Below, in pieces: positions 1-11,412 of a stretch of 64,000 nucleotides of DNA; the first letter of the stretch is position 1, and each line of letters begins with the position of its first letter. The notes under the pieces were generated by a model, which was not told the DNA's origin, made no database searches, and was given only the letters and a program-made list of their open reading frames with translations. A program made the translations under genes and the position numbers. The stretch is from positions 372,001 to 436,000 of the forward strand of contig ML996705.1 of the NCBI GenBank assembly GCA_010356995.1. Reading direction: 5' to 3'. Origin of the DNA: Trichodelitschia bisporula (lineage: Eukaryota).

Positions 1-773
1 AAGAGCTTACAAGACGCAAATGGCAATGTAAGGGACCGAGTTTACGAAGCCAACGATCCAGGAGTTCTTGTCGCAGAGCGCAGCTCCGCCGGGACCCTGG
101 CAGGCGGGTCCCGAGTCGGGGATGCCCAGGTCGATGGGGAAGCTGAGGTTGGCGCCATTGGAGCCTACGAGATATCAGTCGCGCTCAAGGCGTCTAGGGC
201 CGAGGCCGAGGTCATACCCGTTTGGTCCCAGCCTTGAATGGCCGCGGCGATAGAATTGAGGATAATGGTCAGGTACAAAGTGCGTGTACCCCTCCAGCGC
301 TTCGTGCGCTCCAGCAGCAGCTCGTTCTTCTCCTCGGTGTCAAGGCCGGGCACCGAGTCAAATTCGAAAGGATTCTGCGCGATGAGCGCGCCCTTGCGCA
401 ACAGAGGCAGGATATCGGTCAGCTCGAACTCCGCGGCAAAAGCCTCGACGTCGTCGAGCAGCTCCTCCTCGGTCAAGCTGACGAGGGGGTTGCGAATCCT
501 GCACGCGTGTCAGTTGTGGTTCCTCCAGCGCAAGGCAGAAATTGGACGTACTCGCCCTCGATATTCTCTGTCAGGTCTTGGATACTCTTTCGCCGCTTGG
601 TCTCATCGTTGAAGAGGGAGCCGCGGCGCTTTTCGCCTTGAGCGGTGGTGGGAACGCTGTGGTCGCAACAAAGACGATTAGCGCAGGCCAAATGGGGTAG
701 TGGACAGTGCGCGACACGAGCAACGCGCCTTCTGCACAGCTACGTACCCGTCTTTTACCTCTTCAGCCGACAT
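1..773 (-). CDS. MFS sugar/polyol (myo-inositol-like) transporter, 5' part; runs off the left edge
   Basis: ATG at 773. The spliced reading is MSAEEVKDG|VPTTAQGEKRRGSLF...NIEGE|IRNPLVSLTEEELL...LTIILNSIAAAIQGWDQTG|SNGANLSFP...WIVGFVNSVPY. The QGWDQTGSNGAN motif is typical of fungal sugar porters. Introns are GT-AG (e.g. 165-217). Confidence 0.88.
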
Positions 774-3204
774 TTTGAGGTGTCGGGGGAGGAAATTCAA
801 CTCGCAGTACCACTTGCTCTTCCACAGGAATGAGGTGTGCAGGTCAAAACGGGGGAATTTGGAAAGAAGAGGAAGATGCGCTGCAAATCTCGTCGTACGG
901 GGGGTCCCAGGAGCTCAGTTATGACCTCGGAAGCATTACAGCCGTGTGCGAGGGGACGGAAGGTCCGGGGGCGGGGTGTGCAGGCTGTGGCTGCGTCTGG
1001 GGGGAGGTATTGATCTGGGGTCTCGAGAAAAGGCGACAAGGAACGGAACGATAGCTTGACCGGGGGAAGGATTTGAACGGAGTATTGGTGGATGGGCGGA
1101 GAGATTTACGAAGGTTTATGGCTTGCGGGCAAGGGCTTGTACATGCATGCTGGGGGCCTGTGGAGGGAGGGGTATCACTGTTTATCCACGCACCATTCAC
1201 CAAAGCGGTGCTGCGGTGGAATGTGCGTGGTTCAGCCTCTCCCGTTGAAGCCAACGATCAAAGCCATTGCGGAGAAGCATGCATTTGGCGCACTCAAGCG
1301 TCGATCGCGGTAGCTTGGCCCCCCGCCCCGAGGCTGAAAGCAAGTGGGTAAGCAAGTGGCAGCTGATGTTAGAACTACCCGGACACGGCGGCAACGACTC
1401 CATAGCAGGAATAGGTATGTACAGTCGAAGTGACGAAGGAGAAATTTGACGCTTCCTGAAATGTTGAGGCAAGTTGCAAGCATCCAGGCGGAGCGTCAGG
1501 CTGACTTCTAGTTCTGCGACTAACGGCGGCTCGCGCAGACACCGTCGTTGCCGGTCATCACGCGAATTCCGACTTGCTGGTCTTCCCCTCCTCCGCCATG
1601 CACGCCGGCTGTACTCCCTAAAGTACGAGGCCGGCGGCGCACGGTTGGTAGGGTGGCCGAGGGGCCTGTTACATTCCCGAGAATCCTTCGGTGCAGCGTC
1701 AAGTGGATGCGGACAGTGGTGGTACGGGCATGGGGAGGAACTGCATGGGTTCATCCGCTGTTGACAATTCAGCCTGACAAGTTGTGCAAGCAGTGAAGAC
1801 AGTCGATATACGAACAGGGCGTATGTACACCTCCGGTTGATGAAGATGGTTTCGCAGTGATTGATCACCGTTGGCGGGGAACACCCGCTGGCCCTCAAAG
1901 GCTCCATCTACCGAAGTCGAAATTGCCGTTTAGCTTCTAAGCCACTTATGAGCCACCGACGCAATTTGAAGGCGAAATGGAGCGAGCGTGACCGGCTGCA
2001 TGTTCGTTGGTGATGAGGCAAGCCCTTTTAGCTGCAGGACGTTGGCTTCGCACCACAAGACTTCTCTAAGCTTCTTTAGTGTGCTTGTCCCGCCTTTGTT
2101 GCAGCTTACCCTGCCATGCCCTCTCGGATGAGAGAACAAGAGTACATTCGCCAAACATTGCCAATGAAGACAAAACCATGACCCGTCGCCGACAAAAGCT
2201 ACGAACGCAAAGGGTCCATGTACGAAGTTGACGTTGGATTGTGGCTCTCTTCCAGAAGCATGTCATAGTTAGAGACAGATGTGATCTGCCATCTCGCGTG
2301 CGATCGTCGTACTTTGATCCTCCTTCGGAGTAGTTCCGACCCTACCGCTAACGTTAACACGCGTTCCTATGACCTTGTTGCTGCAGACGTTCGTACCCTT
2401 ACTACCGCCGGCGGCATTTATCACCACGCCAGCCGCACACTAGATCTAGCACTCTGCTCAGATACGCCACTCGCGGCTATAGTGGAGCTCTATGTGATTG
2501 CATGTTCAGGCTTCAATCCCACGCGATGGATCATGGTAGTGACGCGAGGCGACCGGTGTCGCCGTAGTGTGGGTCCCAGAGGGCGACGGAACATGGCACA
2601 AACTTCCGCGCGGTAGCCGACAACGCATCCTATCGTCAGTTAGGGCGTGATGCTGACAACCAGCCTGACGCTCCGCACGTCTTCGTTTCCCCGCATCCTT
2701 CCCACATGGAATAATGCCCGCCACAGTAAGCCCGATGTCTATGTCATGAGATCTGAGCGGAACCAGGATGTATATACCGTAGATACCAGCGAGAGGCGAA
2801 CCCGGAATCGTGAAGGTACACTAAGTTAGCAAAATTTGTTCGGCAACCGGACATGTAAGCTGGCATCCCTTGCCATATGAGGCGCGCACTGCAGCGAAAT
2901 GTGGACGCAAGCGCGCTGGAATGCGTGACATCGGAGGGAGTTTCGGTAGTATTTCTTGGAGACTGAAGCGCCTAGAGCTAGTCGCGTGCCACGGCTGCTT
3001 GATGTCGCTTGAGGGAATTTGGCAAAGTGAAGCTTTGCATCGGTCTTCTGAGTAGTATAGAGTACTGTGTAATGACGGAATAACGTTGGTGAATTGCGAA
3101 GGAAGACTGGGGAACATTGACTCCTCACACCTCTCCTCCGCCCACAGCATGACATCATATCTATCGTTGGAAAGGAGCATGTTACATACACGTAGTTCTT
3201 GGGG

Positions 3205-3389
3205 GAGGAACATGTCAGTCTGGAAGGCGCACACGATGTAAGGTGCGCATGATGGGAGAAAGAACACAGACCAACCCATATATTTCAGTTTGACTTCGCT
3301 TCTCTCTCCCTTTCCTCTCTTCGTCCTTTTTTCACCATCTTTCGCTTCATATCGCAGCCATTGCCCGTGTTAGGCTCATGCTTCCATTG
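3205..3389. repeat. Dispersed non-coding element, copy A (most diverged)
   Basis: tgtaaggtgcgcatgatgggagaaag matches tgtaatgtgcgcatgatagaggaagg (copy B). gccattgcccgtgttaggctcatgcttccatt matches gccgttgctcgtgttagagctttgctcccatt (copy C). A pyrimidine tract lies between the two blocks in all copies. Confidence 0.65.
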
Positions 3390-5233
3390 TGCTATCCCGA
3401 GAGGCAGCGCTTGAGGCTCGGGGACACGGAGCGACTTCCTCCCTCCTCCAGCGAATTGGGAGCGACATCATCCTCACCATGCCCAGACGTTGCATTCCTA
3501 CTCGAATTCGCAGAGTCAGCATATGCGAATCTACCGGCCCTGCTGCAGGGTGCATGGCAAGTGCATGCACGCCGTCGCTTCCTCCAAACGCGGCGAAGCC
3601 CGCAAGCCAGGTCATGGGCTCACCCCGCACTCGCAAGGAATCCAATCCTTCGCGGGAAGAAGCTCTGCCTGCTCTCGTGAACTTCCCCGCCATCCTGACA
3701 TAAGACTCGCAGCTCCAGAATCCGCTAACCAGCACGTGTGCGGGCGGAAAATTGCAGGCGGTTCGACGCTTCGCGACCGACTCTGGAGGCCGTGATGTCG
3801 GATGTGCCGAAGGGAGTCGTCCGTCTCGAGTACCTGTTCCTCCGCACTTGGCAGCCTCCCCACCCCGCGTTTCAACGCCGCCGCTTCTCGAAGCCCGTGA
3901 AGCAGCCAAGGCGAGACTACCCAGGCGATGCGCGCGGTGAAACGCGACCGAAGCAACTCGCTGGAAAGACATTTTTGGCCCTGCGCTTTTGGCCAGTGAG
4001 GCCGGAGTGCGTGGCTCGGCCTTAGAATGCGGCCGTTTGCGGACCGGAACACGATGCGGGTGCGAGCGTGGGAATGGCGCTGAGTTTGTGGGCGCCCGAT
4101 GGATTCCGCCTTGAAGATCTATGGGGAGGGAGTTCTCGGAGTTCCGTTACGAGGCGGATTTGTTCACTGCGTTGTTTGCTGGGGATGTACTTGTTGATGG
4201 TGCCCAAGGCGGAAACCTGCGTTTCGCAGGCTGGCTCCACTGACAATGCACCGCAGGCTTCTAGAACTGCTCCGTAGACCAGCAACCCACAGAGTTGCAT
4301 CGCCGCTGGCAATCAGTCCAGGGCATCGTATCTGGAAGCTTGTGCACCGTCGCCATCTCACACGACTGGATATCTCCCTCCGGACCTTTCCCCCTTACCC
4401 CTCTTGCCCCTCCGGAAGAGCTGAGCAGATGCGACGATCTGGGGCTTCATCGACCCGGCCAAGCCAAGCCACAGCTTCAGATCTCGACCGCGCCACGCTC
4501 GGGCTGGACGAGTCACGGATTCCCAATCGTAGCTCCAGTCTCAAGAGCAAGCCGTCGCCTTGTCTCTGCTTCTGTCCTTCTTGGGCCAGCTGACACGCTT
4601 TGGCTCGACCCTTTCATATTGTTTGCTGCTAAGTTTATCGTCGAGCGACTCGCGATTCGCGGAGCCTTCTAGGCAATTGCCGCTTTGGATGTGGGCATCC
4701 CGATGGCGAGATAAGTCTATCGAGATAGGGCGACAATAGTGCGCCGCTATGGCGATCTATCACCGGCGATGAACTATCACCTCAATATCCCCCACTTCAG
4801 CCTCATCTAAGCGCTTCGAGAACATGTTTGGCTGACGATGCTGTTTTTCGTCAGTGACCTCGAGCCTCAGCTGTCAAAACTCACGCTTGCGTCTGGTTTC
4901 GATTCAACCTCAGCCATGGGGGAAATACGGAGTGCCTGGAACTGGCTCCTCCAAGCCCGTGCTCAACTCCGTATGTACGAAGTATTGGATTCTCACACAC
5001 GCACCTCCGCACGAGAGTTCGACGCCTCACGCGGGTACGAGTGGCAATGGGTATAAGAGCGCGAAGTCGGTCGCAATGGCTTCAATCTTCATCCAACTAC
5101 AAGGCCTGGTGCCCATTCATTCTCATTCTCAATCTCAGTCATTCTTTCGCATTTCCGCTTCATATCTATCATTATCAACCAAACCGTCGCTTCAAATCAT
5201 TCACAGCTTGACAGCCGACCTTGAAACTTCACC

Positions 5234-6537
5234 ATGAAGACCACAACCCTCCTCTTCGCCGCCCTCTTCAGCGGCCCTACCTTCGCTGCACCCGGCTCCG
5301 AATGGAAGGAACGCCTTGCAACCGAAGTCGAGCGCCGCGCCGCCCGCCCGGCAAACGGGCCGGACGACTCCAGCGAGCTGCTCGGCGACCTGGTCACCCC
5401 GGGCCCAACCACACCCATCGGCAAAACAATCGCCGATATCCTCGTCGGCAAAGCCGACGGGCAGTCCAGCGAATCGTATCCGCTCGGCGGACTGATGCTG
5501 CCGCCCCTCGGCTCAGCGCCCTGCAAGGCCGACACATGCTGTGTGTGGCATTATATTGCCAACGACATGGCGGTCAGGTTTCGCGGTATCTCCGGGCGGT
5601 GTAATAAGTATGCGCGCGGGGCTGTGCGGCTGGGTTTCCATGATGCCGGGGCGTGGAAGAAGGGCCTGGATTTTGGCGGCGCGGATGGGAGCATCCTCCT
5701 CAGTGATGAGCTGAGCCGGTCCGATAATAATGGCCTGCAGGAGATTGCGCAGGTTACGCAGCAGTGGTATGTGTTTCTGTCCTTTGATATTGGGGAGGGA
5801 AGCTGATGTGGTGAAGGTATGCCAAGTACAAGCAGTACGGCGTCTCCATGGCCGACATCATCCAAATGGGCTCCACCGTCGCAACCGTCGTGTGCCCGCT
5901 CGGCCCGCGCGTGCGCTCCTTTGTCGGGCGCAAGGATAGCTCCAAGCCCGCGCAAACCGGCCTGCTCCCCGACGTTAACGCCCCCGCCGACAGCCTCATC
6001 GCGCTCTTCGAAGACAAAACCATCAAGCCGCACGGGCTCGCAGCGCTCGTCGGTGCGCATACGACCTCACAGCAACGCTTCGTGGATCCCAAGCGCGCGC
6101 TCGATCCGCAGGACAGCACGCCGGGCGTGTGGGACGTACTCTTCTACGGGCAGACGCTGAACGCGAATGCCCCGAAGCGCGTGTTCAAGTTTGCCTCGGA
6201 CGTGAAGCTTTCGACGCATCCGCGGATTGCGAGCGAGTGGAAGGAGTTTGCTGGTCAGGGGGGCCAGGATCATTGGAATGACGATTATGCTAAGGAGTAT
6301 GTCCGGCTGAGCTTGTTGGGGGTTAATAACATCAACAACCTTACGGAGTGCACGAAGGCGCTGCCGGGTCGCCTGCCGAGCTTCTCGCCGCCGGATAAGG
6401 CGATCGTCGACATGTGGGCTAATGGACAGTTCCCGCAGCTGGGGCCGCTGTTGGCGGATGCGCAGACTGTGACCCAGGATGTGCTGAATGCGATGGGGAT
6501 TAAGCCGCGCCTGATGCGGTTCTTGAACAGGAACTAG
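5234..6537 (+). CDS. Secreted class II heme peroxidase (AA2-like, ascomycete type)
   Basis: Signal peptide. Distal RLGFHDA, GADGSI, SMADIIQM, proximal LVGAHT and DSTPGVWD motifs. One intron, 5767-5816, joins the two ORFs in frame. Confidence 0.92.
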
Positions 6538-7569
6538 GAGGTGTAGATACTTGTTTGGCTCAGGCCTGGAGTTTTTTCTACATCGTTTTGGTTGGGGGTG
6601 GAAAATCTTGCAGTTGTTGCTCGGGGTGGCATAACGGGGATGGCATATCTGATTTGTTAGCACGACGGAGTAATGAAGCTACTGTACAGTTGATTTGGAA
6701 CCTCGTTGCACTCTCGCTCGATCTCGTGGGTGTCTCAGCCTAGTCCTCAGCCTTGGCATGAGGCTGGCTGCCGAACACTGGAGTTTCCCTCTCCAATTCA
6801 ATCCCGCTGAACACACACTTGAGGTCATGATGTTCGCATCTCGAAGTCGCATGGACCCGACACATGCGCTGACTGGGTAATCTGCCCCTGGCCTCATCGG
6901 CTTCGATCGTCCCTGACGCCTGCCCTGTTCGGGCATAGCTGCGGCCGCAGCCGCCGCCACATCAAATCTTAAATCTGCCAGGGGAAACATGCATCGCGAG
7001 TCTCCAACGACATGAGTTCGCGACTGAGTTATCTTATGGTGTTGTCCCTCGTACCTAGCGATGCTTAGAATATAATATGTAGCCCGAGATGCCTCCATTT
7101 CACCGTTCAAAACGCTCCTCCCACCATCAGCTCTGCTAACCGAACCGCAGAATCAACCCGCAAACCGGCCCCCAAATACATCAACCACCGTCTCGGGCCT
7201 GAATTACCGTATAATCACACCGCGCACTAGCGCTTACTCCTCTGCTCTAACCCGCCGCCCAGGGCCACGACGTTGCATGTGGACGTGACGTCCAGCGCTT
7301 TCGCGGAGCCGCGTCCGTGCCTCCGCACTCCGAGCCCGCGAATAGCATCGCCGGAACAGGAGCGTGTGTCAAAATTAGCCTGACGGGCGCGGATCTCCGC
7401 TGACGTGCATAAAAAAAAATTGTGGAGTTGTTTCTATCAGCATCTTGCGTATAACCAACGACTTCTCGCCCAGCCTCGCTCCATTGTCATCACCCCGCTG
7501 TCCAACTCCAGTCCCTCGTTCAGCAAACCAGTCACTCATTCAGCTCCAGCCAGCCAGTCCTTATAAAAA

Positions 7570-8328
7570 ATGGCTCTCAAACTCCTCGCCCTCCTCCCTC
7601 TCCTCAGCGCCGTCAGCTCCTTCCCCCTCCTCGCCCCCCGCGCCAACCCCTCCTGCGCTCCCGGCGGAAACATCAACCTCTCGCCCTGGACCCTCCAACT
7701 CCCAATCGGCTCCCCGGGCTCACCTCAACAAATCCCCGGCTCCCAACTCGCGGGCTGCTCCGGGTACCAAGACCCGGGGCATAAATACTTCTACACGAAC
7801 CCCAGCAGCGGCGCGCTCGTCACCAAAGTCCCGGGCTCGCCCGCCAGCTCCGGCTGCGTCACCACGCCAAACAGCCAGCACTGCCGGACGGAGCTGCGCG
7901 AGGCGCGGAGCTGGGATCCCAAGGCTGGAACCAACAAGCTTACCGCGACGCTGACGGTGGTCAAGGCGGATAATAGCGGGCATGGGACTGTGGTGGGGCA
8001 GATTCATATCGACGATTCGGTGAGCAGCAAGCCGGTTTGCGAGTTGTTTGTGAACTCCGCGGGCGTGGTGGCGATGGGGGTGGAGCAGACGCGGGCGGGG
8101 GGGAACATGATTGTCACTACGGTGGGGAGTGTCGATCTCGGCGGGTCTTGGAGCTATGCGATTAGCTATGCGAATGGCGTGTTGACCGTCAGCGTTAATG
8201 GAGGGGCGACGAAGACGTTGAGTACGTATAGCCTTGATAGCCCGAAGAGCTATTTCAAGGCGGGGAATTATAATCAGGGGAGCTCGGCGAGTGAGGTGCA
8301 TTTTACGAGCATCAATATCTCGCACTAA
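7570..8328 (+). CDS. Secreted polysaccharide lyase family 7 (alginate/glucuronan lyase)
   Basis: Signal peptide. All three PL7 conserved regions are present: RTELRE, QIH and YFKAGNYNQ. Intronless, 252 aa. Confidence 0.92.
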   Translation: MALKLLALLPLLSAVSSFPLLAPRANPSCAPGGNINLSPWTLQLPIGSPGSPQQIPGSQLAGCSGYQDPGHKYFYTNPSSGALVTKVPGSPASSGCVTTPNSQHCRTELREARSWDPKAGTNKLTATLTVVKADNSGHGTVVGQIHIDDSVSSKPVCELFVNSAGVVAMGVEQTRAGGNMIVTTVGSVDLGGSWSYAISYANGVLTVSVNGGATKTLSTYSLDSPKSYFKAGNYNQGSSASEVHFTSINISH

Positions 8329-8622
8329 GGGAGGGGAAATAGGAAGGGATAGGAGGAGGAACTTGTTTTCAGCTTTGTCAACGGTCTCGAGCTTCTTTAG
8401 CTGTCAATGGTACATGCCGCTCGACACTTTTTCTCTTCGGTGGACGGGTCATAACGGACGGGGCACGCCATCTACGACTTGTAACCGCAGTGACCTACAC
8501 GTACCTTTATCAGTAATTTAGCACCGTTTTGGTCAGGCCGGGACGATGTGATTTTTGCGGGTGGACTGGATTCCGGATCGGAATGGCGGGTAATGGCTCC
8601 GAGCATGAACGGGTAACCGAAT

Positions 8623-8846
8623 TGATGTAGACATGGAAGGAGAATTGCTATGCCAAGAAGGAGCATTCTTACCGAAGGGCGGGCCATGATGTCATGTAAT
8701 GTGCGCATGATAGAGGAAGGAGCAAAGGAGGATACTTGGTATCAGGTACTTAGTCTCGAGGGCCTCTGACTCTCTTCTCCTCGTCTTTCCTTCAATCTTC
8801 AGTTTTCACTGTTGCCTTCGTACGTGAGAAGCTTTGCTCCCATTAC
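8623..8846. repeat. Dispersed non-coding element, copy B
   Basis: Colinear with 55580-55901 in these blocks: tgatgtRgacatggaaggag, tgtaatg, ggaaggagcaaaggaggatacttgg, agtctcg, cttcaatcttcag, agctttgctcccattac. Confidence 0.88.
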
Positions 8847-8924
8847 GAATAGGCTGGACATCGATGATATCATTGCTAACTGCCTTCAGCTCGGGTAACG
8901 CATATGTACGCCGTGCTCTTCCCG

Positions 8925-9886
8925 TTATCTCCCCGCACACTTCGGCCCGGCGGTTCCTACGTTTATTAGCCGAATCCCCCTCGGGCCGCTATACTCACCG
9001 ATATACTTCGCCGGCTCAAAAATCGCCGCCGGGAAGTAGCAATTCTCCCAAAAGCTCTTAATCCACGTCGAATTCCCCCCCGCGGAATCCCCACTCGTCG
9101 TACACGCCAAATCCACCAACGTCTCCGGCCCCAGATTCCTACTCGCACAATTCAGACTCGCACACTGATAGCAATCCAGCCTCTTATACTGCGGCAACAG
9201 CGTCCCAACCCAATGCTTCGGGGTCTCACATCTCCCCAACACCGTCTGCCAATCCGTACTCTCCTGCACATTCATCTCCGGCACCCAGCACCCGCCGCTC
9301 GTCCTTAGCCAAACTTCACTACCCTGAACGCGCCCTTGTGCGCCTGGCAACGAGGCCGTGGACCAGCATGTCACTGTCTGCTTGCTCGCCGTGGTCCACA
9401 CTGTTTGCCGGCCTGGGGATGAGGCGAGTGTGTCTGGAAAGGCGCGGCAGGTTACGGTCTCCGCGGTGGTTGTGATGGGAGCGGAGGCGCGTTGCCCGCC
9501 TTTTGGGGGCGTGGTGGGCGCGGGCCGGGCGGGGGCGGGAGCGAGAGCGGCTGCGCCGTTGGCGGCGGGGATGGGGACGAGGAGGCTACCGACGCCGGAG
9601 ACGAAGTTGCCTAATCCGGCGACGATGGAGCCGAGGGCGTTGCCTGGCGCTTAGCGGTGGAGATGTGAGCGAGGATGAGGCTTACTTAGTTGGGGAGAGC
9701 GGGGGAGGAGGAGGTGAGGTTGAGGGAGGTCGAGTGGTTGGGAGAGGGCGTGGGGCGCGGAGGGTGCTAGCGGTGTTAGCTGCGGTTGATATACCACCCG
9801 ACGTGCTTCTGAGCAACTGCGGGCCACGGAAACGTACCCGCGACGCCAGCGCCGCCGAGCGCGAGGAGAAGGCACTGAGCGCGCAT
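8925..9886 (-). CDS. Secreted Cys-rich protein with two SH3b-like (fungal cell-wall-binding type) repeats and no catalytic domain
   Basis: ATG at 9886 (MRAQCLLLALGGAGVA) with three GT-AG introns, the last at 8957-8998. Repeat 1 is VTCRAFP..VTCWS..GRVQGSEVWLRTSGGCWV. Repeat 2 is LDCYQCASLNC..DLACTTSGDSAGGNSTWIKSFWENCYF. Both resemble the NCR-x-P..TC..G..V-x-G..W-x-K-T..GCYV pattern. Confidence 0.72.
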
Positions 9887-11412
9887 CGTGAGACGTCCCA
9901 AGCGGGCCGTAGCTGTGTCGAAAAACGAGTGTAGTGAGTGAAAGCGCTCAGGCTCGCGCAAAGCGTATTGCTAAAAGACCGGCAGGTAGACAGGACGATC
10001 GGAACCCCCAGGCCAGACCGCACGCGCGGGACCACCGTCTATTAACTATTAACCCCCGCAGCTATGCCATGGCGCCTGACCTTGAGACCGGGAAATCCGC
10101 CCTGCCGTCCCATCGATCCGCGCGAAGGCCGGGGAAAGCCCGTTGTAGTATCGTCGCCCGCACACTCTTCATCACCGATCGCTGCCCCGTTCACCCCCTC
10201 CCCGGCAAGAGGACCAACCACGCGCCCCCCATCCGTGCCCCCGATACTCTATCCGCGACAGCGGGAGATCGGCGGTGTGCAGCCGGCGAGTTTCTCCTTG
10301 TTCCATGCGGGCCTTTTCCTCAGGCCAGCTTCTCGAAGGTGCCGCAAGCGAGATGGCAGGGCGGGTGGACGTCACTGGCGCGGAAGAGAGGGCGGCTCTG
10401 TCTGTAGTCTGCGGAGATAGCCCGGGGCCCGGAGATCTGGCGAGTCGGTTGACGATGATGTACCTCGGGCGGGAGAATCGTACGTATCGTGTCTTCCCGG
10501 TTGATTTAATCCTCCCCACAGCGCATCTCGTACTCTGATCCCCGGCTCGCATCGCTGACGACGACGCGCTGACCGAACTAGTGGTGGTGCTCTGATCCCC
10601 CCTCGCAGTCTCGTAAAATCCCAACCCCGAATAAGGCGCGAATCCGGTTCGTCTACTGTGGGGGAAAAGGCAGATTGATGAGGCTGCGCCCTCTGTTTGG
10701 GAGATTATCCGTGCGCTGAGTTGGCATTGGCGGGTAATTTGGCGGTGATCTGAGCGGAATATGGGTGAGGTCATTGAGGCGGCAGGTGAGTGGTATGTAC
10801 TCTAGGAGCTTTGCGAGTGTAGTGCACCTTAACACTCTTGAGTATTAACTATGCCTCGTCCGGGAAGGAGGATTGACTGAGCCCCAGGCTGTCCACCAGC
10901 ATCCACGGGAGTGAGGAATCTAGAAGCAAGTTGAGTATACAAGCTCGCATATACAGAGTGCACATAAACCTCCACTAACACTCCCAACGCCGCTCACGAG
11001 GCTCAACCTTCGTACCCCACCTCCCTTGCCCTATCCAAGCCTTCCTTTCGCACCGTAACAAGCAGGTCAAACCCGCGATTAAGCTTCGAAGTGTGGGGGT
11101 AATCTATCGGAGAAATAGTCGGCGAGTCGGGCGATTAAGTCGGGGCTGGCAAGGCGAAGGGCGGGTAAGGGCTTAAGCGAGGATCGGTACGGGCAGCCGC
11201 ATCGGGCAGATACATCGGCGCTTCGATAGCTACTACGCATGTGACGCCCCCCCAGATAGGAAAAAGTGTGGAACACGTTGACCTCCCAAATCTATGACGT
11301 TGCTTTTCGCATACAGCCGTCCATTACCACCCCGCCGGGGCCTGCCAACCCCATGACGCACAAGGCACGAAACCAAGCCTCTAGCATCTCTCCCCATTAC
11401 CCCAACATACCC

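Noticed and set aside
1197..1907. 236-aa minus-strand ORF
   Set aside because: No motifs or splice support, and the composition is unlike the real genes here.
8740..8810. Hammerhead ribozyme on the minus strand of the dispersed element (CTGAAGA...GAAA)
   Set aside because: There is no proper stem II or UH cleavage triplet, and GAAA is not conserved in copy C.
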